From contig NMRA01000055.1 in NCBI GenBank assembly GCA_002633005.1, positions 540,458 to 604,457 on the forward strand: a stretch of DNA of 64,000 nucleotides, given 5' to 3'. The notes beneath the pieces are model-generated. The model saw only the letters and a list, made by a program, of their open reading frames with translations. It was not told where the DNA came from and searched no databases. Origin of the DNA: Phoronis australis. Lineage: Eukaryota; Animalia; Phoronida. Made by a program: the position numbers and the translations under genes. How positions within the stretch are numbered: position 1 is the first letter of the stretch; the number at the start of each line of letters is the position of its first letter. Positions 62,697 to 64,000 of the stretch are shown here, piece by piece.

Positions 62697-64000
62697 TTAC
62701 AGCCCTGGTATGACATTGACTGAATAGGCATTCATTTGCTGCGGTAGTGGTTATCACCATACCATATGGAATGTCAGTCCACTTAAGAAAGTGAGATCTC
62801 AAGTGGCTGGTAATTAAATAAGAAAATCTTCTATCAAATTTTTCATTTTTGCCTTTTAGACAGTGGTGCGCTCATTCTGTTTACAAACAGAATAACATCA
62901 GAGTTTGGATTAGGTTGTTAAAATGTATTAGCCATGCTGATTGTACGTGATTGAATGTGAAGGAATTATTTTGTAGAGTGACATCTAAATCAAGTGATGT
63001 TCCAACACGATGTAAATAATTTAGGATTGCAGAGGTCATTACCCTTAGTTAAGTACCCTTAGCAGCTAGACCGGTTTGTTGTGATGCTTGTTTGGAATGG
63101 TTTGCCTTTTGTTCAATAGGTGTCAGGCACACCATTTCCAGGTGGACATTCCTTTTATAGTTTTCAAACTGCACTCAATTAAACCGACTATGGAAAGAAG
63201 TTAAAGAAATTAGATTCTGGATTGTATTTTATAAAACGCCGATTTCATCCATCATTCCTACAAGAAATGTTTGATGAAGTAAATTTAATAATTTCACTTT
63301 CGTTCCAATCGACTGTTATCTATCATAATGTTTGTCCATGTTGTTATAATTTATTTCAGCTGGCTGTAATTCTAAACATGTAAACAATGTGCAATTGAGA
63401 AATATAATATGCCTACATATCCGAATGTCTTTTATTTTTCAAACTATATCATCACACCCATGAATTCAGTGCCAACAAAACAATTCACTGTTTAAATTAA
63501 CATTCAGCAGATAGGCAAGTACACTATTGAATAATGAAAAGTACATTTGAACACAGTGGGAGTCCATCTTTGCTGAATAATTTATTAATTCACTCCTACA
63601 CGATTATGTAAACATTGTGTATTCAGTAAGTGTTACAACCAGTGTAAGTATTGTGCAACACGAAGACATGGAGTATCACAAAAGTTTAGCTCAACTCCCG
63701 ACACTATACGGCCCCTATCACAAATTCTGCAGGTGCATTCCCACTAGGCGAACTTTGGTTTAAAGTTATCCCCATTAAATGGACTGAGTTTGGCTTTGAG
63801 ACATGGCCCACAAACAGAAATATGACATGAGAATGACAAATTGAAATGTACTTAAATAAAGGGACTCTTCAATAAGGGCTGTTCCAGTAAAATCTGTATG
63901 GGAGGGGGGGAAGGCACCTTTTTTTCGCACCCACCACCCATATTTTTCATTTATTTCTTCACCCTGCCACCCGTAATTTTTTATAAGTTTGAAATGCAAC

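Overview
Eukaryotic, AT-rich, intron-containing genomic DNA, most likely from a marine invertebrate metazoan; the exact taxon cannot be determined from the sequence. Bases 1-18.7 kb are dense in transposon material: Penelope and LINE fragments, a solo LTR, several MITEs, a ~2 kb TIR element with a HIRAN-like relic, and an internally deleted Kolobok element with convergent THAP/transposase and KolX (P2X7-ballast-like) ORFs. Two large near-identical duplications there abut single-N gaps and look like uncollapsed haplotypes. Six host genes could be reconstructed by hand: an intronless sulfotransferase-fold ORF (+), an SLC38A7/8-like amino-acid transporter (-), an NNMT/INMT/PNMT-family methyltransferase (+), an intronless divergent HSF-domain ORF (+), a 10-exon FANCC-like gene (-), and RNF11 (+) head-to-head with it. 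All homology calls come from motif recognition; no database searches were run.
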